Shown: positions 25,215 through 38,887 of the stretch, in pieces
Layout of the letters: every line of letters begins with the position of its first letter
Numbering within the stretch: the stretch's first letter is position 1
Source: Mobula hypostoma
Taxonomy: Eukaryota
Assembly: GCF_963921235.1 (NCBI RefSeq)
Contig: NC_086099.1
Coordinates: 41,726,001-41,790,000 of the forward strand
Direction of reading: 5' to 3'
DNA length: 64,000 nt
Notes under the pieces: model-generated
The model's database searches: none
What the model was told of the DNA's origin: nothing
The model's input: only the letters and a program-made list of their open reading frames with translations
Program-made: the position numbers and the translations under genes

Positions 25215-26460
25215 GCGGAATTCTCCCCTTGTGGGATGTGCGAAGGCAGGGAGACCTTCAGAGTCTCTGACGACTACAAATGCATCCAGCTGCAGCTTCT
25301 AACAATCCTTGTAAAGGAGTGGAACAGGAACTGGATGAACTCCAGGTCATTCAGGAGGTTGAAGGGGTGATAGACAGGACGTATATTGAGGTACTTACAC
25401 CCAAGGTGCATGACACAGGAAACTGGGCGACAGTCAGGAAGGGGAAATGGGTTAAAGAGCCAGTGCATAGAACTCCTGTGGCCATCCCCCTCAACAACAG
25501 CTATATCACCTTGGATACTCTTGGGGGGAATGACCTAGCAGAGCAAACTCACAGCAGTCAGGGCAGGTAACAGAAATATGAGTAGGGCAACACCTTACAT
25601 CCAGTGACCACAATGCCACTAGTTTCAAAGTAAATATGCAAAAAGATATGTCTGGTCCATGGGTTGAGATGCTAAATGGGAGAAAGGCCAATTTTGATGG
25701 TAGCAGAAATGATCTAGCAAGTGTAGATTGGGACAGGCTGTTTTCTGGTAAAGGTGTAGTTGCAAAGTGGGAGTCCTACAAAAGTGAAATTTTGAGAGTA
25801 CAAAGCTTGTATATGCCTGTCAGAATAAAAGGTAAAGATAGCAACTGTAGGGAACCTTGGTTTTTAAGAAATATTGCGGCCCTGGTTAAGAGAAGAAAGG
25901 AGGTGCATAGCAGGTTTAGGCAGGTAGGAACAAATGAGGTGCTCATGGAGTACAAGAAATGCAAGAAAGAAATCAGGAGTGCATTAAAAAAAGGCATGAA
26001 GTTGCTCTAGCAGACAAGGTGAAGAAGAATTCTAAGGGATTCTACAGATATCTTAAGAGCAAAAAGGATTGCAAGGGACAAAATTGATAATCTATGTGTG
26101 GAGCCAAAACAGATGGGGGAGATCTTAAATAAATATTTGCCTCTGTGTTTATTCAGAAGGACCACAGTCTATAGAAGTGAGGCAAAACAGCATCAACTTC
26201 ATGGACCCTGTACAGATCACAGAGGAGGAGATGTTTGCTATCATGAGGCAGATTGGGATGGATAAATTCCCAGGACCTGACAAGATATTCCCTCAGACTC
26301 TAAGGGAGGCATGTGCAAAAATTGCCAGGGCCTTAGCAGAGGTATTTAAATCATCCTTAGCAACAGAAGAGTATCAAAGGATTGGGGAATAACCAATGTT
26401 GTTCCACTGTTTAAGAAAGGCTCTAAACGTACATGAGAAAATAATAGGCCGATGGGAAAT
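25215..26460 (+). mobile_element. CR1 fragments (ORF1-like piece and ORF2 N-terminal half)
   Basis: ELDELQVIQE..WATVRKGK..PVAIPLNN; KANFDG..DLASVDWDRLF; KFPGPDKIFP. Confidence 0.75.
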
Positions 26461-26489
26461 TCAGCATTTTCTCATCAACTCTTAGCAAT

Positions 26490-27030
26490 TTTTATCAATG
26501 CACCATAGAAAGCCTACTGTCTGGATGTATAATGGTTTGGTTTGGCAACTGCTTTGCACTTGACCGCAAGAAACTGCGGAGAGTTATAGACACTGCATAG
26601 TACATCACAGAAACTAACTTACCCTCTATGGACTCTGTCAATACGTTTCGCTGCCTCAATAGATAGCCGGCATAATCAAAGACCCAACCCAGCCATGATA
26701 TTCTCTGCTCCCCCTTCCCATTGGGCAGAACTTCTAAAAGCCTGATAGCACTTACTAAAAGGTTCAAGAACAGCGCCTATCCCACTGTTATCAGATTATT
26801 GAATAGAGCTCTTGTATGAAAGGGTGAATTCACAATCTACCTCATTATGAACTTGCGCTGTATCATTTATCTGCACTGCACTTTTTCGGTAACTTTTACA
26901 CTTCATTCTGCATTATTATTGTTTTACCTCATTCTAGTTCAATGCACTGTGTAATTATTTGATCTATATAAGCAGTATGTAAGAAATGCTTTTCACTTTA
27001 CATGTTGCGATAACAAATCAATACAAATAT
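26490..27030 (+). mobile_element. Rex1-like LINE 3' fragment
   Basis: ccatagaaagc...tggtttggcaactgc...aaagacccaacccagcc...aggttcaagaacagc pattern. Confidence 0.55.
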
Positions 27031-28034
27031 CTAGGCAAAGGAAGGAAATCGGGTTAATATAAGAAAATGACAATAAGATGAAAGGTCAGTCATGATTTTA
27101 TTGAATGGAATCAGCTTTTATTTATCATGTTTGTCTGTCTCCCTCTTGCTCCTCCTCCTTCATGTTCCATCCTTATTTCCTCTCCCTCATTCTCTTACCC
27201 CCACCATCCTCAATTGTCCTCATCCCTCTTTCCTCTCCCTTCTTTGTCCACCAACAACACCCACCCTCCCATCCCAAATAGGTCTTCACCTTGTTCTGAG
27301 ACTCTACATGCTCATCACTGGTGCTGTATTTTTTGTTTAAGCTAAGACAGCAGTCAGGGAGCAAACCAAAGGTCCTGGAATTCACCTGGACACTTCATGT
27401 GAGTGAAGGCTACCTTCACCATTGTGGATAGTGGGAAAGATCTGAAACTGATGGGGGTGAGGAGAAGGGCATGGGTTGACATGCATAAACGTGGTTGGCG
27501 GGAGGAGATTACCAGACTTAAGATGGAAGATTGGTGGGGGAAGGGGCAAGCACAGAGCGTGACATGGGAGGTGGTAAATGGGAATGAGGAGAAGATCTGC
27601 CATTGTTTGGAAGTACGTGCTGAACGGAACGTCAGATTTACCATTTCATTGGGAAGATGCTGTGGCTGGGGGTTGGTGGATGACTGGTGGGCCTGATACA
27701 GGGGATCTTGCTCCAAGTGGGCATGCAAGGGTACCTAGTTGACAGAGTTACAGGCTGTCAGTCAGGGCAAGGACACATACGAAGGCATAACAACAATGTA
27801 TTATATAATTATGCATAATCATGTTTCTTATGTATTAAATTATGTGGATACACGATTGCATAATTTCCCTTAAATAAGTAATATACCTTAAAACTGAATT
27901 CCCACAACACCACAAAAACTGGAGTTTTGCAAAAGTATGATGTTTCATTGATTTCCAGCAGAAATGAAGTGCTGAGCTCTCAGGGCACTGAGGTGCATTC
28001 TGTTTCTCTTTGTTGTCTTTTTCATTCATGGTCT

Positions 28035-28816
28035 ATCAGTGTCTTCTAATAAGAAAACACTGGAAAGATTTTTGTTTTATTCTGTGAAAATATTGATTGT
28101 CTCTGTCTCTGATTAGATGATGTAGGGCTCAGCTGGAATGCCCTCGAGTGAAAGGGTGAAATGGCAAAGAGCTGATGGAACAAATGCATCTGCACCCCAG
28201 CAGTAAAAGATGGGCAAGGAATTTAATTGCAAATGCACTAAAGGATGAAAATGCTGTAAAAGTAACCTCTCATCATCCTGTAGTTTTAACACTCAGAAAC
28301 CAGTTAATGCATTTACTTAGGGGATAAATTGCTACCTGAGTTTGTGGGTGTGAAAATGGGTCTCACAGCAAGAAAACTGTTCTTTATACTTCAGCTTTTT
28401 TTATTACAGAGCATGTTGGTCTTACAAGCTGTGAACAAAAATATTTTCAATGCGTTTTACTGCTCCAATATCATTTTACAAGAAGGTATTACCAGGTTTA
28501 CTTCTAATGCTAAGGAGGTAATCTTGCAATACTAAAAAAAAGGTTTTCTGATCCATCAGTGTCTTCTAATAAGAAAACATTTGAAGGCTTTTTGTTTATC
28601 TGTGAAATATTAATTTCCGTTATAATTCTTCTACAGGGTGTGTGTGTGCATGTGTGCGTGTGTGTGCACAGTATGATGCAAGGTTCAGGTGAAATACCCC
28701 CGGAGTGAAGGGGTGAGACGGCAAGGAACTGCTGGAACAAATGCATCTGCACTCCAGCAATAAAAGATGGGTAAGCAATTTAATTGCAAATGCACTAAAG
28801 GATGAAAACCTTGTAA
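28035..28816. repeat. Diverged tandem duplication of about 230-260 bp
   Basis: atcagtgtcttctaataagaaaaca at 28035 and 28555. tggaacaaatgcatctgcac and aatttaattgcaaatgcactaaaggatgaaaa occur in both copies. Confidence 0.9.
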
Positions 28817-29071
28817 TTTCTCTTCCACTTTATTTAAGATGAAGTTAACTCTGAAAGTTTTGAGAGTGCTTGATACATGTTGTACCACCTGCAGGAGGAG
28901 TGGTTGCTTAACATTACATTAACTGAGCTGAAAGCCTATACAGGCACTTTACAACCCCAATCCAGAAAATGACTAAAAAGTGCAGCTCCCCATTGTAAGC
29001 ACAAGAAATCCTGTAGATGCTGGAAATTTAGAGCAAATCTCACACAAAATGTTAGAGGAACTCTGCAAGTC

Positions 29072-29813
29072 CTAGGCTAAGGAGCTGGTGGTAGACCTGA
29101 GGAGAGCTAAGGTACCGGCGACCCCTGTTTCCATCCAGGGGGTCAGTGTGGACATGGTGGAGGATTACAAATACCTGGGGATACGAATTGACAATAAACT
29201 GGACTGGTCAAAGAACACTGAGGCTGTCTACAAGAAGGGTCAGAGCCATCTCTATTTCCTGAGGAGACTGAGGTCCTTTAACATCTGCCGGACGATGCTG
29301 AGGATGTTCTGCGAGTCTGTGGTGGCCAGTGTGATCATGTTTGCTGTTTTGTGCTGGGGCAGCAGGCTGAGGGTAGCAGACACCAACAGAATCAACAAAC
29401 TCATTCATAAGGCCAGTGATGTTGGGGGGATGGAACTGGACTCTCTGACGGTGGTGTCTGAAAAGAGGATGCTGTCCAAGTTGCATGCCATCTTGGACAA
29501 TGTCTCCCATCCACTATATAATGTACTGGTTGGACTCAGGAGTACATTCAGCCAGAGACTCATTCCACCGAGATGCAACACAGAGCGTCATAGGAAGTCA
29601 TTCCTGCCTGTGGCCATCAAACTTTACAACTCCTCCCTTGGAGGGTCAGACACCCTGAGCCAATAGGCTGGTCCTGAACTTATTTCCTGGCATAATTTAC
29701 ATATTATCATTTAACTATTTATGGTTTTATTACTATTTAATTATGTATGGTGCGACTGTAATGAAAACCGATTTCCCCCGGGATCAATAAAGTATGACTA
29801 TGACTATGACTAT
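29072..29813 (+). mobile_element. Rex1/Babar-type LINE 3' fragment nested in a Penelope-type element (about 28998-29870)
   Basis: Open 192-aa ORF (YKYLG..IDNKLDW..LRRLRSF). aataaa + (TATGAC)n tail. Flanks are the two halves of the short element. Confidence 0.88.
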
Positions 29814-30552
29814 GTCAGTTAGAGGGGAATGAACAGTCGACATTTCAGGCTGAGACCCTTCATCAGGAGCTTTCAATGTTCATGTTTGTGTTAGCTTCTC
29901 ATTTGGCTTGAGAGAACCAAACGTTCAGGATACAGGCTGCAGTCTGTGAGAAGCAGAATAGCTGTGTGATAGTAAGGAGGCAACAGCACCTAGGGTACTT
30001 GTTCATCCAAAGTGTCTGCACTCATTACATTGTGGTGAAGATGAGATTTCACACATCTGAATTTTGTCCTAAGAAGCTTTTAGAATTAATAAGATGTCAG
30101 AATTGTTCATTTACACTTGGCATCTATATTGCTTGGTTCAATAGCAAAATCAGAAGCTGCGAAGTTTAAAAAGCTATTATTCCCTCACTTAAAATCATGA
30201 TTATTAAATATCATTTAAAATGATTATAAGGTGTTGTTTGTTTACCCCATTAGGACTGGGACTATGAAAATGGTGTCTGTTCAAAGGAAGTTCTGCTCAT
30301 AAGGCTGTAACATTGGGAAATTACCTTAAAGTGGGACCTCTCTGCTACAGAGTTATTGCAGTCACAGTCAGGGCAGTGTTCCTGAGTCAGGAAGGGATGA
30401 ACTGGTTATTCATCAGCAGATATTGGCAGGTGGCCTATTGAGACTGTAGTTAGGGATATAAAGTGGCCACTCACGAGGAGCTGTGTCCCATTGAATCATT
30501 TTTGGTTTGGCAACCCCTGTCCACCCAATCTGAACGTCAGGTGTATCTACAG

Positions 30553-30603
30553 CAGGGGTTCCCAACCTGGGGTCCATGGTATAAAAAAGGCTAGAAACCC
30601 TTG
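30553..30603. mobile_element. 51-bp hAT (Charlie-like) MITE remnant
   Basis: Ends CAGGGGTTCCCAACC ... GGCTAGAAACCCTTG. 8-bp TSD ATCTACAG/ATCTATAG. Confidence 0.6.
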
Positions 30604-31415
30604 ATCTATAGGATTTAATATTGCAGGATTTAACATAACAAGGGGAGGTAAAGAGAGAAAGAAAAGGGATACCTTCATTGTAGCTGATATGTTAAGATTA
30701 CTACAATCTTTCATTTTCAAATAGAAGCTAAAGATTAAGGAATTCTGGCTTGTTTTTTATTTACTAATTTAAATAAAAAACCTAATTAGGACTTTCTACA
30801 GTGGTGCTAATCATATCACTGCGCTATTGAAAACATGGAGGGCAAGGGAAAACTTAAATCTTGCATTGTAGCTAAATAAAGACATCAAAGACATCATAGT
30901 ATCACAAATACTATGTACAAGAGCAATAGGATTATATAAATTCATAGATTCATGGACATAGTAAAGGAAATGTTAATGTGACTAAGAAAACTGTCACAAT
31001 TTCTTCGAAAATAAGAATATGACTTTCCTATCTAGGCACTGAACCTCACGGGAATAATCTACTAAAAGCAGGAGATGCAGTCATTGACATGATGTCATAT
31101 TAACTGTCTTTGTTCATTTGCTTTCCCTTGAAGTATCACACTGGTTGCTCCTAATTTGGGTTTGTTTTAATTTGGATTCCAGGAGATTGGCATCCTGCAG
31201 CTGATCTCTGATATTACTAAAACTGGAGCCTCTTAAAATGTTGCTTCAGTCATTAAAAAAAAACAGATTTGCCAATGTAATGACTAGAACCATCTCAGTC
31301 AAAACTGCCTGCTTACATGTAAGCTTATAAACAAAGTCATTTTAAAAAGGCTCTTGCTGTGACAGCTTTACCCAATAATTACATTCGTATTGGCTCTGAA
31401 ATATCTTATAACAGT

Positions 31416-31974
31416 TGTTGTTCGTCCATCGTACGTCGATGAGGACCTCGACACCATTATTGATGGTGTCGAGACTAGCGCGTGACTTGGATTTCAGTGA
31501 GGGAGAGTTGCGCAGCGTCAGCCTCACTCTTTCTTCCCAATTCCCATCTGGAGCCAGTGGCAAGACAGAGTCAAGACTGCTGGAGATGGGACTAGGCACA
31601 GTGGATGACCAGGACGTCTTCTGTGTCTTGCCCTGCTCTACACGTTCCACAACGCTTGCAGAGACCGCCTTCTTGACCATTGGACCTTCCATTGGTCTCG
31701 TCCGCTCAATCCGCCGGAGTCTGTCTTCACATGCTGGGATAGACAACTCCCTATTTCACCGAGGGTTTGAGACCCGTCGGCTACCCTCACCTGGTTTAGC
31801 CGGCTTGTTGAAGCCGTTGCCTGGAGTGTGGCCGCTGTTGCATGCAAACAGCTACGGGGAGCCACAGGTGAGAGCTGAGTGCCAGGTGGGGACCAAAGGT
31901 GGACAACCCGCCCTGAAAAGGACGCGACATGTTACCCCACCAGAGGTGCTACCCCTCCCTGATGCCCCATACAC
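31416..31974 (-). mobile_element. Bipartite non-autonomous RTE derivative (5' UTR fused to 3' end)
   Basis: TSD ATAACAGT at 31408-31415 and 31975-31982. (AAC)n tail. 31480-31740 resembles the RTE 5' UTR at 42450-42720. Confidence 0.8.
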
Positions 31975-32519
31975 ATAACAGTACTGGAAATAAACAAAGA
32001 GAATGTTGAGGTTAATTACAACTTCTGTTGACATTTTAAATAGTTTTTAATAACTTGGAGGGCTATGCTGGCACATATATTTTAACTGCAGAAGTAAAAT
32101 AAAGCAAAAAAAAAGCACATGTAGAAATACCCATGATGAAAGGTTATCAGCCTGAAGTGTTAACCCTGTCACCTCAGATGCTGCCTGACTTGCTGAGTAT
32201 TTACAGTACTTGCTGTTGGTTTATCTCATGGTGATTGAACAGGATGAAACAAAGTAGAAAGAATGATGGCCACAGAAATCAGTTCAAAAGCACACAATGT
32301 TGCTTTATGACTCTATGACTTCATTAACTTCCCTGTTTTCAGGAAGTATGTTAAATTTAGCTTTACCAATGTCACAAATAAAATTAGATCAAAATTCTTC
32401 TGACTAAAAAGTTTATTGACCAGTGCCTGTTAAAGATGTCCATTTATAGTATGAACTGTGAGTTTAATGCTGTGTCATAGAATTAACAAAATTGAGGATG
32501 GAAGGTGTACTTAAGAGGT

Positions 32520-34200
32520 CGAAACAAAATAGCACATAGAACAGCACAGGAGCTGGCCCTTTGGCGCATGATGTTGTGCTAAACTAATTAAATTAGTAAT
32601 CAGATGCTCAACTAAACTAATAATTTCGTTCCACCTCCTGCACATTGATGTTCCTGTCTAAGAGCCTTTTTAACATCCCTATTGTATTCACCTCTGCCCT
32701 GGCAGCATGCTCCAGGCAGCCAGCATCCTCTGTGGGGGAGGGTTGGGGGGGGGATCCTGTCCTGCACATCTCCTTTGAACTTGGCCCCTCTCACCTTAAA
32801 TGCATGCTCTTTGGTATCAGACATTTCAACTTTGGGGAAAAATGATACCAGCTGCCTACTGTATCTATGCCTCTCGTAATCTTATAAACTTCTATCAGAT
32901 CTTCCTTCAGTCATTGCAGCTTCTGAGAAAGCAAACCAAGTTTGACGAAACTTTCCATATAACGCACACCCTCTAATCCAGGCTATATCCTTGTAAACCT
33001 CTTCAGCACCCTCTACAAAGTCTCCACATCTTTCCTATAACAGGGCACCAGAGCTGAATGCAATACTCCAACATGGCCTAGAGTTTTATAAAGCTGCAAT
33101 AAAATTTACTGACTCTTGAACGCAACTCCTTGATAAATAAAGGCAAGCATGCCTTGTGTCTTCCTTACCACCCTATCAACCTGACTTACCACCATCAGGG
33201 AACTTGGATCCCTCCGCACACCTACACTGTTAAGTATCCTGTAATTTACTGTGTACTCTATTTGATCTCCCAAAGTGCGACATTTCACTTAAGCTGGATT
33301 AAAATTCATCTGCCATTTCCCTGCCCGCATCTGCAACAGATCTATACACCACGGTATCCTTTGCCAGTCTTCTATGCTATCCACACCACCACCAAACTTT
33401 GGATTGTCTATAAACTTACTAACCCACCCAAGTACATTTTCATCAATATCATTTATGTATATGGCAAACATCAGATCTCCCAGTATGGATCCGTGCAAAA
33501 TATCACTAGTGGCAGACCACTAGCCAGAATAGCTCCTATTAACCACTGCCTTCTTTTCTTCAACGGGCAAGCTAATTCTGAGTCCAAACAGCTATTTCAC
33601 TGTGGGTCCCATGCATCTTCATCTTTTGGATGAGCCTCCCATGTCAAATGTCTTACTAAAATCCATGTAGACAACATCCACAGCTCTACCGTCATCTACA
33701 CCTTTGTCACCCCATTGGAAAACTCAGTCAAGTTAATAAGACATGACTTGTCCTGCACAAAGCTATGAAACTGAAATGAGAATCACTGGTCTCTGGTTTC
33801 CATGAATGGCCCTATTTTCCTCATTGAATAATGGAACAACATTAACTGCTAACCAGTGCTCCAGGACCTTGCACTTGGCTAAAGAGGTTGAAAATATTAG
33901 TCAAGGCTCCAGCAATCTCATCTCTTTCTCCTCTCAGTAAGCTAGGGTATATCCCATCTCACCCTAAAGACTTGGTCATCTTAATGTTTCCCTAATGTTC
34001 TTTAAGAGACACAACACTACCACCTTCTTCATCCAAAAATGCCCGAGCAAATTAGCACACTATCCTCCATGTCATCCTCCTTGATAAATGCTGATGCTAA
34101 GTACTGATTTAGGACCACATCTGCATTCTCTGCCTCAAAACACATTTTCCCCTTTATTCTAGAGTGGTGCTACCCACTCCCTAATTATCTTCTTGCTCTT
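32520..34200 (-). mobile_element. CR1-type LINE, decayed
   Basis: Minus ORFs GSILG..IYINDID..KFID, GKWQMNFN and MLAFI. Confidence 0.8.
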
Positions 34201-34202
34201 GA

Positions 34203-34745
34203 TCGCCTACACCTAATAAGATAACCACAAAGTGTATGCTCATGGTCTTCTGCTGTTATAACCCATCAACTTCGACGTTTGATGTGTTGTGTACTCTTAG
34301 AGGCTCGTCTGCACACCACCATTGTAATGCGTGGTTATTTGAGCTCATGTCGCCTTCCTGTCAGCTTGGCATTGTCTGGTCATTCTCCTCTGACCTCTCT
34401 CATTAACAGTATTTTTACCCATAGAACTGCTGCTCACTGGATGTTTTTGATTTTGGAACCATTCTCTTATAAACTCTAAAGACTGTTGTGCATGAAAATC
34501 TTAGGAGATCAGCAATTTCTGAAATACTTAAACTACCCCGTCTGGCACCAACAATCAATCTACGGTCAGTCATTTAGATCATATTTCTTCCCCATTCTTG
34601 ATATTTAGTCTGAACAACAACTGAACCTCTTGAAATTGTTTGCATTCTTTTATGCACTGAGTTGCTACCGCATGATTGGCAGATTAGAGATTTGCATTAA
34701 CGAGCGGGTGTACAGGTGTACCTAATAAAGTAGCCACTGAGTATG
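34203..34745. mobile_element. Tc1-type non-autonomous DNA transposon
   Basis: Right end caggtgtacctaataaagtagccactgagtat is a Tc1-like TIR. A degenerate partial copy (cacctaataagataaccac) lies near the left end. Confidence 0.55.
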
Positions 34746-36389
34746 TGTAGAGAATGCCTTGGGATTCCCTTGAATCCAGCTTGCCAACTTCTCATGACCT
34801 CTTTTGCCTTTCGTAATTTCCTCCTTGCGTTCTTTTCTGGCTTCTTTATAATTTTCAAGGGGTCTGCTTGATTTTTTTTCTTCCTAAACCTCAAATTTGT
34901 TTCTTCTAGTTTAAGATGGCACTGGTGAGACCCAGCGACAATTTACTGGTGGGAAAAAAAACAAAAAATACAGCTAAATACTTTATTAGTAACACATTTT
35001 CTTGTAAGATTTATAGTAAATGATCACCGCAAATAATGGAGAGGTGAGTGAAGGCAAAGATGAGTTGAGAATCAAACTGTGCAAGGCAAAGTCAAGGTGA
35101 GGTTGAGGCATCTTCGAGGCAAAGTTGAGGCAAGCAGAGTGGAGCATAGTTGGAGTGGAGGAGAGGCAGATTCAAGGCCCATCACCTAAACTGAGTGATG
35201 TTTGATCGAACTAAGTGCCAGACTGATTTGGAAAGGTTGGGTATGGGTCAAACCGTGGAGGCAGGATCCAGGCCAGAACGTATCAATGCGACAAGGCCTA
35301 GGTCCTAGTGCGAGGAACAACCTGATGTTTGGACAATTTAAACATCTGGCATCGAAAAGGCAGGGCACTGGGACAAGAAGTGAGGGTCAGGCCAATTATG
35401 CTCACTGCTCCACAAGGTTATCTTGACTCTGCCGAACTGAAGTAAAAGAAAGGGAGACTGAAACAAAAGGAAGGGAGTTGAATGCCAATCATTAGTTGGC
35501 TGGAACATGCATATTCATGAAGGTGATTGCCAAGCCTGTTCAGCACCCTGCCTGTGGGGGTGCCCAGACCCTGCGACAGAGTCTGTGGTTGTGACACACC
35601 AACCCTATTGTTTTCACGTTTTTCCATGATTTGCCTTCATACATCTGTCCTCAATTCCTTTTTTTTATGAAGTGCAATCGTGAACAATAGCCAGATGAGA
35701 AATGCTGATCAAGTCAACTTGTTCCCAAAGAGAACTCTGATAGGCCAATCAGATGGTTCACTGCTGCTCAGAGATAGAAAACATATAAATCATATGTACA
35801 ATTAAGAAACATTTAAAAATAGTAGAAATACTAGAGTCATGATGATCATGATGAAGTCTGCTGGAGAGAGACATTTATACACATGCTGTCCTCCATAATT
35901 CAAAGAGATTAAAGGATAAGGTTGCAGGGTGACAAAACGTGGCAGGAGTACTAAAAACTAAAAAATAAAAACTAATCCCTACTGGGAGAAAACAGCACCT
36001 GCTCTTTCCGCACTGTTCTCCAGCAGTTTGAGGACTAAGTCCAGCCGGAACATAACTCACAAGTGCTCTTGAAAGTTAGGTATTAACCCTACCTACCAAC
36101 AACCAAGCATTGCCATCCTTTTCCCTTTCATGATAGCTTATGAAGAAGCATGTGACCTCCCTCCCAGAGATGATAGGTGTTTGCGCACTCGACTCTTGAA
36201 GGCTTGGACCCCATCGTCACAGATGTTTCCAACCACAACATCTGGAAATCTGTTTCAAATTCTGATAGCACAGAGAAGGAAGCTTCTATCCTGGTGGCTA
36301 TTGCTTGATCTGTAGAATAATTTCATCAGATTGATTGTACTTTTTATTATTTTTAAGTTCTACACAGAGAGACTCGAAGGACGAGCCAG

Positions 36390-36830
36390 AGAACATAAAA
36401 ATGTTTAAGCCCATCATACCTGCTCTTCCCTTAAATTAAATGATGGCTGAACCATTGCCTTAGCATCATATCTTCGCTCTGAACTTCTAGCCCTTCCCTT
36501 AGGATCTAAAAATCTGTTCTCAGTCGTCAATGATTTCAGTAAGTGACCCTTCACAATTCTCCTGGATGTTGAGTTCCGAAGATTCAACAGCCTTCAATCC
36601 TAATTTTGAGCCTGCCACTTCTAGTCTTAGGCATCCCAGTCAGGGAGCCTTAAACCAGGTGAACTTTCCAAGCTGCAAAACTAATTTTCAATTTCACCTT
36701 TCAGTTTAACTGTTCCCTCATTGACAGAACGGCCATTCCATGGAGCAATCTGGTGAGTTTTCCCTGCATTTCCTCTGTCAGATCCTGTAGGTGTAGAGAT
36801 CAGGCCCCTTTATCACATCAACCTCACCCA
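36390..36830 (-). mobile_element. Old CR1 3' fragment
   Basis: gaacataa..., atgatggctga, aaatctgttctcagtc, gagttccgaagattc. Confidence 0.45.
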
Positions 36831-37139
36831 AGGTGATGGCATGGATATGTAAAATCCAAAATGCATCCTAGAATGAAATCTAACACCGAGGAATGAGTAG
36901 AGCTCGACTGTGCTAGCTTTAATGTTTATTTTTGGATCTTGGACAAGAGTTCGGGGCTCACAAGAAAAAGCTGGGTAAACCCTTCCAAAAAATATTCTGA
37001 TTGCAACCCCATTCTGTACCCTGCAATTCTACAAATTGCATTTTGAGCCATGGCACTGCAGCTAGGTAGAGAATGTTCCAGGTTCAAGGTACATTTATGA
37101 TTAAAGTATGTATGCAGTATACAACCCTGAGATTCATAA

Positions 37140-37365
37140 ATGAGACCTCAACAGATTCCTTTCCAGTGAATTTGGTGGTTGATCAGTGAAATCCATCAAA
37201 AGGCCACCTAAATGCCACTATTGATCCCATGTAAAGCAGCTCTATTGATTAGCTGTACAGTTGGTCAGCTTCCTCCTTTTATAACAGTGACATAGTTCAA
37301 AAATTACTTCACCCCTTGGGTTATCCGGAGGTTGTGAAGATATGGTATACAGGCAAGTTTTCTTT
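37140..37365 (+). mobile_element. DeuSINE (SacSINE1/AmnSINE-like) 3' remnant
   Basis: ataacagtgac..ttcaaaaattacttca..gaggttgtgaag..tatacaggcaagttttcttt resembles the DeuSINE tail (from recollection). Confidence 0.45.
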
Positions 37366-38359
37366 AACTTCCTGAAGAAAACGCTCTAGGTTGTCCTTCA
37401 ACTAACTTTGATGGCATAGAATAATTGGGCAGAAATTCATCCTCATTTGGTGACAATTGAACTGTATTACTGAAGTCAAGTGAGCAGGACTTTGGAAGTT
37501 ACAATTATACATGTCCATTTAATACAACTGGCCGAGGACAATTTTGTAACTATTTTCCTAGCCTGAACAATTCAGAATTGTAATATCAATAAGTTCAGGC
37601 CTACATTGTCTCTAAGTAACATGTGATGTGTGTGGTCTGGCAAATGTCAGTTGGCCTTCACACAAAGGTGAGTAAATACATTTCAAAAGTGTGATAGACT
37701 TTGAGGTTTATATTCATCGGAACTGTGGCTTGGAAACTCTGACACATATGCAAAGTAGGCTGACCAGATCATTGTGCAAAACAACTGCTCAGATTATGCT
37801 ATCTGTTGGAGAAAATATGTTAGTTTAGTGTAAAATATGCAACTTTCATGTGCCATAAAACAAATGACTTTGCTTATTCCACTCCTGCTTCAGGTTATCT
37901 ACAAATGAAGCTCTCCACATTCCTTCATTTCCTATTACATCAACTACTGCAGTTTCATCCTGCTCATAAATACTTGAGCTCTTCCAAAACTACTTTCCAC
38001 TTATCAGTCACCTGTAACACATAGCTCACTAATCTACATTTGCCTCTGGTGTACATACTTCATAGACTTAATTTTACTATATAGGCAAATACAGATTCTG
38101 TTATACTGTACATTAGCTCATTTGACCACTGGCACACAAATTAAATGAGAAAAGTATCAGGACCTGTACTGGAGCCTTCAAGGTCCTGACTGGCCAAAAA
38201 GCTTATTATGTAAAGTCGAATTGCCTGGATTTTCTGCAAACCTTAGACCAGGTTCTTTTTTCCCAGTGTGAAATTTTCCTCTGAGGGGCCAGCTAACAGT
38301 AGATACGCAAAGCCCTGTGCAGCACACTGTGGGGTAGGTTGCACTCTCAGAAAGCAATA

Positions 38360-38595
38360 CCCATAAAACGCTGGAGGGGCTTCGCAGGTCAGACAGCACC
38401 TATGGAGGGAAATAAACAGACAATGCTTTGAGACAAGACCCTTTGACGGAACTCCTGATTTGAGTCCTGATGAAGGATCTTGGCCAGAAACGTCATCTGT
38501 TAACTTCCCTCTGTAGATGCTGCCCGGCATGCTAAGTTCCTTCAGCATTGTGTGTGTTCTGCTCAAGATTTCCAGAATCTGCAGAACATCTTGTG
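38360..38595. mobile_element. Palindromic Penelope-type short element with intact hammerhead-like core
   Basis: Inverted arms. CTGATGA (38467-38473)-aggatcttggcca-GAAACGTC (38487-38494). Confidence 0.7.
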
Positions 38596-38887
38596 GTTCT
38601 CATCAAGTCCTTGACCCAGGCTCATCAACTGCCATTCAAATTATTTTTTTTCTTTGCAAATATTTTGGCTGTTCATAAACATTTAAAGACACTAGGGAAG
38701 TGTTTTAAAAAACCTTTTCTAAATTGTTTAAAAAAAATAATTGTAACAATGATACACCAAGAAGCACTTCCGCCAACTTAAAAACAACTAAATACTTTTA
38801 AATTAACTGGATTAAATCAAATAAAGTGGAGAATTCCTGTTCTCTTCATGTTTCATGTCATCTCATTTTTTTTTCTTTACGCTATTG

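Noticed and set aside
27092-27728. Cluster of overlapping ORFs
   Set aside because: Low-complexity pyrimidine- and purine-rich sequence with no recognisable domain or splice structure.
28115-28180. C/D-box snoRNA in the tandem duplicate
   Set aside because: The C box is imperfect and the D box CTGA is not kept in the second copy.
31342-31978. 187-aa and 134-aa ORFs
   Set aside because: Within a non-coding RTE-derived element, with no protein motifs.
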